From Alkalilimnicola ehrlichii MLHE-1 (GTDB lineage Bacteria; Pseudomonadota; Gammaproteobacteria; Nitrococcales; Halorhodospiraceae): a stretch of DNA of 32,000 nt. The notes beneath the pieces are model-generated. The model had not been told where the DNA came from and did not search any database. It saw only the letters and a list, made by a program, of their open reading frames with translations. Made by a program: the position numbers and the translations under genes. Below are positions 1-8,932 of the stretch, piece by piece. The number at the start of each line of letters is the position of its first letter. Within the stretch, counting starts at the first letter, position 1. The DNA lies in NCBI RefSeq assembly GCF_000014785.1, contig NC_008340.1, positions 1,500,001 through 1,532,000 on the forward strand, read 5' to 3'.

Positions 1-447
1 TTCCTGACCAAGGGCTATCAGGAAGACCTGGACCAGGTGCTGAACGGTGCCGTGTTCAGCTCCGACAATGACGAGATGGTGATTGTCCGCAACATCGAGC
101 TGTACTCCCTGTGCGAGCATCACCTGCTTCCCTTCATTGGCCGGGCGCACGTGGCCTACCTGCCGGATGGCAAGGTGATCGGCCTGTCCAAGGTGGCCCG
201 CATCGTGGACATGTACGCCCGGCGCCTGCAGATCCAGGAGAACCTCACCCGCCAGATCGCACTGGCGGTGCAGCAGGTCACCGGCGGCAAGGGGGTGGCG
301 GTCTATATCAATGCCCGGCATCTGTGCATGATGATGCGTGGGGTGGAGAAGCAGAATTCCGAGATGAGCACCTCGGTGATGCTCGGTGATTTCCGCGAGA
401 ACCCCAAGACCCGCAACGAATTCCTGCAACTCATCCGCACCCCCTGA
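1..447 (+). CDS. folE: GTP cyclohydrolase I (FolE), 5' end outside window
   Basis: Frame 1 is open from base 1 ([64 protein letters not shown]...), with the hallmark [18 protein letters not shown] and the C-terminal [12 protein letters not shown] motif. Confidence 0.97.
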   Translation, partial: FLTKGYQEDLDQVLNGAVFSSDNDEMVIVRNIELYSLCEHHLLPFIGRAHVAYLPDGKVIGLSKVARIVDMYARRLQIQENLTRQIALAVQQVTGGKGVAVYINARHLCMMMRGVEKQNSEMSTSVMLGDFRENPKTRNEFLQLIRTP

Positions 448-470
448 GGCGATCGCCAAGGAGTCACCTG

Positions 471-860
471 ATGGTCGAGAAGGAACCGGCCCTTATCCGG
501 ATCAAGAACCTGCGCCTGAGGACCTATATCGGCTTCAAACCGGAGGAGCAGGAGAAGCTGCAGGACGTGGTGATCAACCTGGAGATCCGATACGACGCCC
601 TGGCGGCGGCGGTGAGCGACAGCGTGGACAAGGCGCTGGATTACAAGCGGCTCACCAAGGAGATCATCGCCCATGTGGAGGGGCATCGGTTTCTGCTGCT
701 GGAGAAGCTGGTCCACGATCTGTTGCAATTGGCGCTGGCCCACCCATTGGTGCAGGAGGTCGCCGTGGAGGTGGATAAGCCCCACGCCCTGCGTTTTGCG
801 GATTCGGTGGCCCTGCGCATGACCGCCCGGCGCGACACCGCGGGTGCCGGCGTGGCTTGA
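471..860 (+). CDS. folX: Dihydroneopterin triphosphate 2'-epimerase (FolX-like; FolB/FolX family)
   Basis: IRIKNLRLRTYIGFKPEEQEKLQDVVINLEI...LDYKRLTKEIIAHVEGHRFLLLEKLVHDLLQLA...VEVDKPHALRFADSVALRM closely follows E. coli FolX (IRIKNLRLRTFIG..., DKLHALRYADSV) as recalled. Confidence 0.85.
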   Translation: MVEKEPALIRIKNLRLRTYIGFKPEEQEKLQDVVINLEIRYDALAAAVSDSVDKALDYKRLTKEIIAHVEGHRFLLLEKLVHDLLQLALAHPLVQEVAVEVDKPHALRFADSVALRMTARRDTAGAGVA

Positions 861-872
861 CCGCCCGCCCGG

Positions 873-2564
873 TCACGCGGCCGTGACCAGGCGGTTCTTG
901 CCGGCCCGTTTGCCCTCATAAAGGGCGGCATCCGCCCGTTCCAGCAGCCGCGCGGCATTGTCCCCTGGCCGATGTGCGGTGGCGCCGGCGGTAGCCGTGA
1001 GGGTCAGGGGCGGGTGGCACGGCCCGGTCATCGGCCGGGAGGCCAGGTTGGTGAGCAGCCGGCGCCCCACAATCTCCGCCTCCTTGAGCCCGCGGTCGGG
1101 CAGGATGAGCAGGAACTCCTCCCCCCCATAGCGGCACACCGGATCGATGCCGCGTACCACCTCTTGCATCAGGTAGGCCAGGTGTTGCAGGGCGCGATCC
1201 CCCACTTGGTGGCCCCAGCGGTCGTTGAACGGCTTGAAGTCGTCCAGATCCAGCATCACTACGGCCAGCTCCCGCTGCCGGCGTTCGGCGTCCTCCACGG
1301 CACGGGCCAGGAATTCGTCCAGGTAGCGTCGGTTGTACAACCCGGTGAGACCATCGGTGTAGGCCGTCAGGCGCAGCTGCGCCTGCTCATTCAGCAGCGC
1401 CTCCCGCTCCGCCTGGAGCAGGCCGATGCGGTCGGCCAGGGCCAATGACAGGAGCACCGCCTGCAGGCTTACGCCGATCTGGAAGCCGTAGTACGTTACG
1501 AAGTGATGAGGGACCAGCCCCAGGCCGGCCAGTGTGAAGAGCAGGGCCCCCACCACCATGACGAGCCAGGCCAATAGCAGCCAGCGTGCGGGTGGGAAGT
1601 CATGGTCGCGGATTGCGCGCGCGGTGGCGAAGAGGTAGCTGGCCATGGCCAGCAGTCCGATGGCGCTGGCGTAAAGCAGTGTGGCATGGCCGGGAAGGCC
1701 CCAAGCCAGCGGGGCCAGGGCGAGGCTGCAGAGGGCGGCTATCGGCAACAGGCGATCCATTGCCGGGTCGCGTTGCTCGGTCATCAGGAAACGGCGGCAG
1801 AACCACATAGCGCTGGCGCAGCCCAGCGAAAGGGCGGTGAACATCAGCGCCTCGTTGAGCGCTATCCCCAGGCCGGGCCAGAACTCGTGGGTGAGCCCCT
1901 TCTGAAACACGAAGTAGCCGGCGAGGCCGAGAATGAAGCCGACGTACCAGAGGTAGCTCGCATCCCTGAGCCGGAATAGCAGGATGGTGTTGTAGGCCGC
2001 CAGGGCCAGGACCAGCCCCAGGAAGAGGCCCTGCGCCAGGGTAAAGGCACGCCAGTCGCCCACCAGCGCCTCCGGGGACTGCAGGCGGAGATCGAAGCGC
2101 AGTGCCTGGGTGCTCTCGATTCGCAACAGGTACTGCCCCGGGGTGACATCGAAGATGGGGCGCCAGGCCTCGCTGCTGCCACCGCCGAGCCGGGCCATGG
2201 TCCGCCGGGGCACCGGGGCCCAATGGAGATCCCCCGCACTATCCACCCGCAACAGGCGCACATCGTGCAGCAGTGGATTGTCCAGGTGCAGGACCCGGGG
2301 GGGCGGTGCCGAGATCTCCAGGTGCAGCCAGACCGGGCGCGATGAAAGCCCCAGGTTAATGGGCCGGCTGGCGTCCAACACCTGACCGGCAGGCAGCAGA
2401 TGGACCGGCGGGGGGTGGGGGTCGTGGTGGTCGAGCCGTTTCAGCTGTAGCTCGGCACCGGCCAGGCCGGGCAGAGCCAGGAACAGGGCGATGAGCCACG
2501 CCGCCAAAGGCCGGTCTCTTCGGTATCCTCGGTTTCCGGTGGTGTTTCCCGTCGCCATTCCCAC
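873..2564 (-). CDS. Membrane diguanylate cyclase with 7TMR-DISM sensory region and C-terminal GGDEF domain
   Basis: N-terminal signal peptide, extracellular region (RPVWLHLEI), about 7 TM helices (FFxxxLxxAxYN..FxxLRDxSYLWY), then [16 protein letters not shown]...[18 protein letters not shown]...[19 protein letters not shown]. Confidence 0.88.
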   Translation of the reverse strand: MGMATGNTTGNRGYRRDRPLAAWLIALFLALPGLAGAELQLKRLDHHDPHPPPVHLLPAGQVLDASRPINLGLSSRPVWLHLEISAPPPRVLHLDNPLLHDVRLLRVDSAGDLHWAPVPRRTMARLGGGSSEAWRPIFDVTPGQYLLRIESTQALRFDLRLQSPEALVGDWRAFTLAQGLFLGLVLALAAYNTILLFRLRDASYLWYVGFILGLAGYFVFQKGLTHEFWPGLGIALNEALMFTALSLGCASAMWFCRRFLMTEQRDPAMDRLLPIAALCSLALAPLAWGLPGHATLLYASAIGLLAMASYLFATARAIRDHDFPPARWLLLAWLVMVVGALLFTLAGLGLVPHHFVTYYGFQIGVSLQAVLLSLALADRIGLLQAEREALLNEQAQLRLTAYTDGLTGLYNRRYLDEFLARAVEDAERRQRELAVVMLDLDDFKPFNDRWGHQVGDRALQHLAYLMQEVVRGIDPVCRYGGEEFLLILPDRGLKEAEIVGRRLLTNLASRPMTGPCHPPLTLTATAGATAHRPGDNAARLLERADAALYEGKRAGKNRLVTAA

Positions 2565-2699
2565 GCTCAGTATGAAGGCAATAGTCGCATCGTACTGGTT
2601 TGGCGAAGCGGGGTGCAGTCCCGGCGGGAAGGGCGGGCGCGGCGGGCCGCATCTGGTAACATGCGCGCCATTCGGAGTTCATCAGCGGGAAAGCAGACC

Positions 2700-4115
2700 A
2701 TGGCCAAGATAAAAACACGCTTCGCTCCCAGCCCCACCGGTTACCTGCACATCGGCGGGGCCCGCACGGCGCTCTATTCCTGGCTTTATGCGCGCCGGCA
2801 CGGCGGTCATTTCGTACTGAGGATCGAGGACACCGACCGGGAGCGCTCCACCCAGGAGTCGGTCAATGTCATCCTTGAGGGGATGAGCTGGTTGGGCCTG
2901 GACTACGATGAGGGGCCCTTTTACCAGACCGAGCGCTTCGACCGCTACCGCGAACTCACCCAACGCCTGCTGGACGAGGGCCTGGCCTACCGCTGTTACT
3001 GCTCCAAGGAGCGCCTGGACGCGTTGCGCCAGGAACAGATGGCCAACAAGCAGAAACCGCGCTATGACGGTCGCTGCCGGGATCTGACCGAGCCGCCGGA
3101 AGGGGCCGGTGAGCCCGTGATCCGCTTCCGCAACCCCCTGGACGGGGAGGTGGTGGTCGAGGACCGGGTGCGGGGGCGGGTGGTGTTCCGGAACAGCGAG
3201 CTGGACGACCTGATCATTGCGCGCGCGGACGGCACCCCCACCTACAACTTCACCGTGGTGGTGGACGACATGGACATGGGGATCACCCATGTGGTGCGCG
3301 GTGATGACCACCTCAACAACACGCCCCGCCAGGTCAATCTCTACCGGGCCCTGGGGGTGGAACCGCCGGTCTTCGCCCACGTGCCCATGATCCTGGGCGA
3401 GGATGGCAAGCGGCTGTCCAAACGCCATGGGGCGGTGAGCGTGCTGCAGTACCGCGATCAGGGCTACCTGCCGGAGGCCGTCCTCAATTACCTGGTGCGC
3501 CTGGGTTGGTCCCATGGCGATCAGGAGGTCTTCACCCTGGACGAGATGGTGAGCCTCTTCGACCTGGAGGATATCAACCACTCCGCCTCCACCTTCAACC
3601 CGCAGAAGCTCCTGTGGTTGAACCAGCAACACATCATGCGCGCCGAGCCCGCGCATGTGGCCCGCTACCTGGCCCATCATCTCGGCGAGCGGGATATCGA
3701 TCCCGCCGACGGGCCGCCCCTGGAAGCGGTGGTGGCGGCGCAGCAGGAACGTGCCAAGACGCTGGTTGAGATGGCCGAGAACAGCCTCTTCTTCTACCGT
3801 GACCCGGCGGACTATGAGCCGAAGGCGGCACGCAAGAACCTCAAACCGGAGACCGAGGCGGCGCTGGTCCGGGTGCGGGATCTGCTGAGTGAACTCGAGG
3901 ACTGGCGCCCGGAAGCCATCCACGAGTGTGTGCTGAAGGCGGCGGAGGTCCTGGAGCTCAAGCTGGGCAAGGTGGCGCAACCGGTCCGGGTGGCCGTCTC
4001 CGGCGGCCCCGTGTCGCCGCCCATCGACCAAACCCTGGCGCTGTTGGGTAAAGAGGCGACCCTGCGCCGGATCCAGGCCGCTATCGACTGGATCGACCGG
4101 CAGGCGGCGGGTTGA
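2700..4115 (+). CDS. gltX: Glutamyl-tRNA synthetase
   Basis: [36 protein letters not shown] (HIGH-type motif) and KRLSKRHGA (KMSKS-type motif). The ORF track starts upstream at 2613, but the family-typical start is ATG 2700. Confidence 0.97.
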   Translation: MAKIKTRFAPSPTGYLHIGGARTALYSWLYARRHGGHFVLRIEDTDRERSTQESVNVILEGMSWLGLDYDEGPFYQTERFDRYRELTQRLLDEGLAYRCYCSKERLDALRQEQMANKQKPRYDGRCRDLTEPPEGAGEPVIRFRNPLDGEVVVEDRVRGRVVFRNSELDDLIIARADGTPTYNFTVVVDDMDMGITHVVRGDDHLNNTPRQVNLYRALGVEPPVFAHVPMILGEDGKRLSKRHGAVSVLQYRDQGYLPEAVLNYLVRLGWSHGDQEVFTLDEMVSLFDLEDINHSASTFNPQKLLWLNQQHIMRAEPAHVARYLAHHLGERDIDPADGPPLEAVVAAQQERAKTLVEMAENSLFFYRDPADYEPKAARKNLKPETEAALVRVRDLLSELEDWRPEAIHECVLKAAEVLELKLGKVAQPVRVAVSGGPVSPPIDQTLALLGKEATLRRIQAAIDWIDRQAAG

Positions 4116-4130
4116 GGCCCGCTGTCGGGG

Positions 4131-4159
4131 TTGACCGGCGCGCCGTAGCGGCCTAACAT
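4131..4159 (+). promoter_or_regulatory. Sigma-70 promoter of first tRNA-Ala gene (TTGACC-17-TAACAT)
   Basis: TTGACC 4131-4136, 17-nt spacer, TAACAT 4154-4159, followed by GCGCC and the mature tRNA 5' end at 4176. Confidence 0.75.
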
Positions 4160-4175
4160 ACGCGCCTCATTGCAC

Positions 4176-4251
4176 GGGGCCATAGCTCAGCTGGGAGAGC
4201 GCCTGCATGGCATGCAGGAGGTCGGCGGTTCGATCCCGCCTGGCTCCACCA
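4176..4251 (+). tRNA. tRNA-Ala (anticodon GGC), encoded CCA
   Basis: GGGGCCATAGCTCAGCTGGGAGAGCGCCTGCATGGCATGCAGGAGGTCGGCGGTTCGATCCCGCCTGGCTCCACCA; cloverleaf pairs manually; anticodon loop ATGGCAT gives GGC. Confidence 0.97.
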
Positions 4252-4336
4252 GATCCACCGGGGTGGGCGGGCCACCGCCACCCCGGAAGCGGTTGCCCGA
4301 AGGCGCGGTGTCAAGGCAGCCGCTCCTTCCGCTGGC

Positions 4337-4365
4337 TTGACGCAACCGGCGGGGGAACGTAACAT
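4337..4365 (+). promoter_or_regulatory. Sigma-70 promoter of second tRNA-Ala gene (TTGACG-17-TAACAT)
   Basis: TTGACG 4337-4342, 17-nt spacer, TAACAT 4360-4365, then ACAGCGCC upstream of the tRNA at 4380. Confidence 0.75.
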
Positions 4366-4379
4366 ACAGCGCCAGTTAC

Positions 4380-4455
4380 GGGGCCATAGCTCAGCTGGGA
4401 GAGCGCCTGCATGGCATGCAGGAGGTCGGCGGTTCGATCCCGCCTGGCTCCACCA
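4380..4455 (+). tRNA. tRNA-Ala (anticodon GGC), encoded CCA, identical to first copy
   Basis: Same 76-nt sequence as 4176..4251. Confidence 0.97.
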
Positions 4456-4461
4456 GAGAAG

Positions 4462-4491
4462 AAAAAAGCCGGGCAATGCCCGGCTTTTTTT
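4462..4491 (+). terminator. Rho-independent terminator (bidirectional-looking)
   Basis: AAAAAAGCCGGGC-AAT-GCCCGGCTTTTTTT immediately after the second tRNA; also has a poly-A flank suited to the converging minus-strand gene. Confidence 0.93.
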
Positions 4492-4533
4492 GTGTCCGGA
4501 CGGCTTAGTCGTCGGTCGGCACGCCCGGGCGGC

Positions 4534-4875
4534 TCAGCCGGCGAACTCGTCGAAGGCCTCAAGCGCCATGCCGCCATAGACGAAGGCCGGGCCGCCCCCC
4601 ATCTGCACCGCCACCGCGATCATCTCCTGCACCTGTTCCCGGGTCGCACCGTGCTTGGCCGCGGCCTGGGCATGAAAGGCCAGGCAGCCCTCGCAGTGGG
4701 CGGCGATACCCAGTGCCAGCGCGATGAGCGATTTGGTGGCGGGATCCAGCGCCCCCTCCCGGCCACTGACCTGCTTGAGTTGATTGAAACCCCTGGCCGT
4801 CTCCGGGACGCCCTTGGCCACCTCCTTCATGCGGCCGCTCATCAGTTCGGCGAGCTTCGCCCAGTCCTCTGCCAT
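4534..4875 (-). CDS. Carboxymuconolactone decarboxylase/AhpD-like family protein
   Basis: LDPATKSLIALALGIAAHCEGCLAFHAQAAAKHGATREQVQEMIAVAVQMGGGPAFVYG; CxxCxxxH AhpD-like motif. Confidence 0.88.
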   Translation of the reverse strand: MAEDWAKLAELMSGRMKEVAKGVPETARGFNQLKQVSGREGALDPATKSLIALALGIAAHCEGCLAFHAQAAAKHGATREQVQEMIAVAVQMGGGPAFVYGGMALEAFDEFAG

Positions 4876-4880
4876 CTGCT

Positions 4881-5513
4881 CTACTCCTCTCTCAGTCGTT
4901 GATCGAGTATTGCCAGCTCGTTCGGTGTATTGACGTTCAGGAAAGCCTCAGGCGGGGCCTCCAGGTCCACCACCGCCAGGCGGTGGCGCCGGTACCAGCG
5001 GTCGATTTTGCCCTCGCCGGCGGTGAGGTAGGCCCGCAGGTCCCCGGCGAGATCGCACCGGATCAGCGCGAAGGTGGGCTGCAGGCGGCCGGCGCCATAG
5101 GCGGTGGCGATGTCCGCCCGCTCCCGTGTCCGCGCATCCGCCAGCCGTTTGACCAGGTCGTGCGGGAGCAGTGGGGCGTCGCAGGGGACGATCGCGATGA
5201 ACTCGGTGGCGGCCGCCTCCATGCCGCTCAGCATCCCGGCCAAGGGGCCGGGATAATCCGGCAGGCTGTCCTCCACCACCGGGTGGCCGAGGGCACGGTA
5301 ACGGTACAGGTGGCGGTTGGCATTGATGAGCACCCGCTGCACCTGGGGGCAGAGGGCGCGCAGCACCCAGTGGATCATCGGCTGGCCGGCCAGGGGTAAC
5401 AGCCCCTTGTCCTGCCCCCCCATCCGGCGGGCCCGGCCCCCGGATAACACCACCCCGGTGATGCCCGGTTGGCGCGCCGGTCTGGCCTGGGACGATGATG
5501 CGGTATCCGGCAT
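4881..5513 (-). CDS. mobA: Molybdenum cofactor guanylyltransferase
   Basis: GVVLSGGRARRMGGQDKGLLPLAGQPMIHWVL...NANRHLYRY...VEDSLPDYPGPLAGMLSGM..VPCDAPLLP...NVNTPNELAILD. Start chosen at MPDTASSSQ (5513); the ORF track extends upstream to 5621. Confidence 0.93.
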   Translation of the reverse strand: MPDTASSSQARPARQPGITGVVLSGGRARRMGGQDKGLLPLAGQPMIHWVLRALCPQVQRVLINANRHLYRYRALGHPVVEDSLPDYPGPLAGMLSGMEAAATEFIAIVPCDAPLLPHDLVKRLADARTRERADIATAYGAGRLQPTFALIRCDLAGDLRAYLTAGEGKIDRWYRRHRLAVVDLEAPPEAFLNVNTPNELAILDQRLREE

Positions 5514-5556
5514 AGCAGGGGGTGCTCCTCTGTGATAAGCGACGGATGGGATTGTC

Positions 5557-6321
5557 TCAGGCGCGGATGAGCTCGACCAGCGCCTGCTCCCGGCGCATGC
5601 TCGCCAAGACCACCCGGTCAAAGCGCTCGGTGTTTTCCAGGACCCGCTCCGCCACGCGGCGGGCGCGGGCGCGATCCGTGTCGGAATCCACCATATTGAT
5701 CAGCGGGGTCACGCGGCGCCCGCCCAGCCCACGCATCAGGCCACCCCTTCCGGTCAGCAGCCGGGCCAGGTGTTCGGGCCCGATGATTCCGCCCGGCTCC
5801 AGGTCCACCGCCTCGCTGACCCGTTCCGGGCGATGGGCGACCCGATGGTCCAGGGGGCGACCCACCGCCTTGATCGAGAGCACGGCGATCACCCGCTGGC
5901 AGCCCGGTGTCAGCAGTGGCTCATTGTCGCCGGGGGCCTTGATGCGCCGCATCCGGGCGCCATCCGCCTTGACCAGTGTGACCCGGCGATGGAGCCCATG
6001 GTGCAGCCGGTCGATCAGCTCCGGGGCCAGCCCCGTGTGGCGGTCGGCGCGTTCCGGGGCGCCGTAGAAGGCCACCGGCGAGGCCGGGTAAGCGCGCGCC
6101 GTCGCCGGGGCGCGGGCCGCCAGTTGGTCCGCGTCGCCAGTGAGCACAGGGTGGGGCAGCCAGTCGGGCAGGGGGGCGCAGAACACGGTGCTGCTCAACC
6201 CCACAGCCCGGTCCCGCTGCAGCCAGGCCAACCGGGCCATGGTGGTCTTCTTGCCACCGGCCCCGATCAGACACACCACGCCTTCATCGGCCGCTAAGGC
6301 ATCGATCAGCCCCACTTGCAC
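5557..6321 (-). CDS. yqeC: YqeC-like protein (putative selenium-dependent hydroxylase accessory protein family)
   Basis: P-loop-like CLIGAGGKKTTMARLA, VKADGARMRRIKAPGDNEPLLTPGCQRVIAVLSIKAVGRPL, and RVTPLINMVD match the family as recalled; adjacent to mobA. Confidence 0.75.
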   Translation of the reverse strand: MQVGLIDALAADEGVVCLIGAGGKKTTMARLAWLQRDRAVGLSSTVFCAPLPDWLPHPVLTGDADQLAARAPATARAYPASPVAFYGAPERADRHTGLAPELIDRLHHGLHRRVTLVKADGARMRRIKAPGDNEPLLTPGCQRVIAVLSIKAVGRPLDHRVAHRPERVSEAVDLEPGGIIGPEHLARLLTGRGGLMRGLGGRRVTPLINMVDSDTDRARARRVAERVLENTERFDRVVLASMRREQALVELIRA

Positions 6322-6654
6322 GCGCCCTCCTGATTCACAGTAAAGGAATATGTATCGAATAGGGTTTTATTTAGCCCATGGGGTGTAGGCGGTGCAGAAT
6401 GCCTCCTGGCTGCGCAGTGATCAAGTTCGCCTTACCGTGCTGCCGGTGAATGAAACAGCTGCAACCGTGGGGGAAATCCCTTAGCATGCTTCCTCATAAG
6501 CGGAGGGTTTCGTATGAACCGAACTCGAGCCCCGTGGCCTTGACACCTCAACGCGAGGCGTGACGGATTCGCGACGGCCGCGTCGGCGGTCGGGGCACGG
6601 CCGGGAGGCCGGTGGGTAGCGGCCCTTAAATGCCTGAACTAGAATATATTGAAT

Positions 6655-6984
6655 ATGAATGATACTCTAGACATCGAACAGATGACCCGGAATGCGGCCT
6701 ATGCCAGCCGTTTCCTGAAGACCTTGGCCAACGAGCGACGGTTGATGATCCTGTGCCACCTGGTGGAGGGGGAGAAATCGGTCGGCGAGTTGGAACGACT
6801 GCTGCAGATGCGCCAGCCGGCCCTCTCGCAGCAGCTCACCAAGCTCAGGGAGGAAAAGCTGGTGGCGACCCGCAGGGAGTCCCGCACCATCTACTACCGG
6901 ATGGCCAGCGATGAGGCCCTGGCGGTGTTGGGCAAGCTGCACGAACTCTTCTGCGGCGCCGCCTCGGACGCAGAGGCCGGTTAG
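6655..6984 (+). CDS. ArsR-family winged-helix regulator, SqrR/BigR-like (candidate persulfide sensor)
   Basis: FLKTLANERRLMILCHLVEGEKSVGELERLLQMRQPALSQQLTKLREEKLVATRRESRTIYYRMASDEALAVLGKLHELFCG; two Cys 66 residues apart. ATG 6655 chosen; a TTG at 6649 gives a 2-residue longer form. Confidence 0.88.
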   Translation: MNDTLDIEQMTRNAAYASRFLKTLANERRLMILCHLVEGEKSVGELERLLQMRQPALSQQLTKLREEKLVATRRESRTIYYRMASDEALAVLGKLHELFCGAASDAEAG

Positions 6985-7161
6985 CGGCCGGCCCAGGGTG
7001 TTCGGCCCGCGGCCCTGTCGTCCGGCGGGCCTTTGGAGTCGCATTGCCTGATTCCCGGTCGCTCGGATCGGGTCGGCGCCCGATCGGGGCCGGTGGACTG
7101 TTCAGCATTCTCCTCTCCGATGCCCCGTCCGCGGGCCCGGAGGCGTTCTCCCGAGGAAGTG

Positions 7162-8922
7162 ATGGCGGTGCAGGCAAAGCACAACGGCGGGGCCGCGCAC
7201 TGGTTACCGCTGCTAGGGTGGTTGCGGGCCTATCGGCCCGAGTACCTGGCCGGGGACCTGATCGCCGGCGCGGTGGTGGCGGTCATGTTGGTGCCGCAGG
7301 CGATGGCCTACGCCATGCTGGCGAACCTGCCGCCGCACGTGGGCCTGTACGCGAGCATCATCCCGCCGGTGGCCTACGCCCTGTTTGCCAGCAGCCGGGC
7401 TCTGGCCGTGGGCCCGGTGGCGATCGTCTCGTTGATGGTCGCCAGCGTCGCCGGGGCCGTGGCGGCCCCGGGCAGCGCGGAGCACCTGGGTGCTGCCGTG
7501 GTCCTGGCCCTGCTCTCGGGGATCGTGCTGCTGGTTATGGGCATGGCCCGGCTCGGTTTCGTCACTCAGTTCCTGAGCCATCCGGTACTCTCGGGCTTTA
7601 TCACCGCAGCGGCCGTCCTCATCGGCTTCAGTCAGCTACGCCACGTCCTCGGCGTGGAAGGCGGCGGTGACAATCTCCCTGCGATGGTGGTCGCGCTCTG
7701 GCAGTCCCTCGGCCAGGTCAACGGCGTCACCCTGGCCATCGGTCTGACCAGTATCGGCCTGCTGCTCTGGATGCAGGGCCCCCTCAAGGGCCTGCTGGTC
7801 CGCAGCGGACTCTCCGCGCCAGTGGCGGGGATTGCGGTGAAGACCGCCCCCTTGGTGGTGGTGGTATTGGGCTCACTGGCCGTGGCACTGCCCGGGCTGG
7901 ACGAGCACTTTGGGGTCAGTGTGGTGGGGCGGGTCCCCGAGGGGCTGCCCGATTTCGCCCTGCCGGCGGTGGACCTGCCGCTCTGGCGGGAACTGGTTTG
8001 GGGTGCGGTGCTGATCGCGCTGGTCGGCTTTCTGGAGAGTGCGTCGGTGGCGAAATCACTGGCGGCGCGGGATCGCGAGCGCATTGACCCGGATCGCGAA
8101 CTCAAGGGCCTGGGCCTGGCCAACATCGGCGCCTCGCTCTCCGGCGGGTATCCGGTGACCGGCGGGATCTCCCGCTCGGTCGTCAACTACAGCGCCGGGG
8201 CCCGCACGCCCATGGCGGGCGTGCTCTCCGCCCTGCTGATCGTGTTGGTGCTGCTGTTCCTGACTCCCTGGCTGGCCTGGTTGCCGCACGCCAGCCTTGC
8301 CGCAATCATCCTGGTCGCCGTGGTCGGTCTGGTGGATCTGCACACCCCGCGGCGGATCTGGCAGTATAGCCGTAGCGAGGCGGTGACGCTGCTGACCACC
8401 GCGGCGGTGGTCCTGGTCGTCGGCGTGGAGGCCGGGATCGTGGTCGGCGTGCTGCTCTCGCTGGGGCTTTACCTTTGGCGTACCAGCCGGCCGCATATGG
8501 CGGTGGTGGGGCGTGTGCCCGGTACGGAGCACTACCGCAATGTCGAGCGGCACAAGGTGGAGACCGATCCGCGGGTGCTGTTGGTCCGGGTGGACGAAAG
8601 CCTCTACTTTCCCAACACCCGCTACCTGGAAGACCGCCTGCAGGAGCTGGTCTGGGGGCGGGACGGGGTCGAGCACGTGGTACTGATCTGCAGCGCCGTC
8701 AATTTCATCGACGCCAGTGCCCTTGAGTCGTTGGAGGAGTTGGCCGGGCAGTTCGCGGACAGCGGGGTGACCCTGCATCTGGCCGAGGTCAAGGGCCCGG
8801 TGATGGACGGGCTGGAACAGGCCGGCTTCACCCGTCACCTGCGCGGCGGGCGCGTCTTCCTCAGCACGCACGAGGCCATGAAGGCGCTGGGGCCGCGGCG
8901 CCGGTGGGTGGTGCCCACCTGA
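7162..8922 (+). CDS. SulP-family anion permease with C-terminal STAS domain
   Basis: LAGDLIAGAVVAVMLVPQAMAYAMLANLPPHVGLYASIIPPVAYALFASSRALAVGPVAIVSLM; C-terminal STAS (FIDASALESLEELA). ATG 7162 preceded by GAGGAAG. Confidence 0.92.
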   Translation: MAVQAKHNGGAAHWLPLLGWLRAYRPEYLAGDLIAGAVVAVMLVPQAMAYAMLANLPPHVGLYASIIPPVAYALFASSRALAVGPVAIVSLMVASVAGAVAAPGSAEHLGAAVVLALLSGIVLLVMGMARLGFVTQFLSHPVLSGFITAAAVLIGFSQLRHVLGVEGGGDNLPAMVVALWQSLGQVNGVTLAIGLTSIGLLLWMQGPLKGLLVRSGLSAPVAGIAVKTAPLVVVVLGSLAVALPGLDEHFGVSVVGRVPEGLPDFALPAVDLPLWRELVWGAVLIALVGFLESASVAKSLAARDRERIDPDRELKGLGLANIGASLSGGYPVTGGISRSVVNYSAGARTPMAGVLSALLIVLVLLFLTPWLAWLPHASLAAIILVAVVGLVDLHTPRRIWQYSRSEAVTLLTTAAVVLVVGVEAGIVVGVLLSLGLYLWRTSRPHMAVVGRVPGTEHYRNVERHKVETDPRVLLVRVDESLYFPNTRYLEDRLQELVWGRDGVEHVVLICSAVNFIDASALESLEELAGQFADSGVTLHLAEVKGPVMDGLEQAGFTRHLRGGRVFLSTHEAMKALGPRRRWVVPT

Positions 8923-8932
8923 ACGGCCGGGC

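Noticed and set aside
871-888. GGTCACG-CGGC-CGTGACC inverted repeat between folX and the diguanylate cyclase
   Set aside because: It forms a good hairpin between convergent genes but has no T-tract on either side. It overlaps the cyclase stop codon, so I did not call it a terminator.
2682-4031. 449-aa minus-strand ORF opposite gltX
   Set aside because: Fully antisense to a confidently identified gltX; composition is codon-mirror-like with no recognisable domain.
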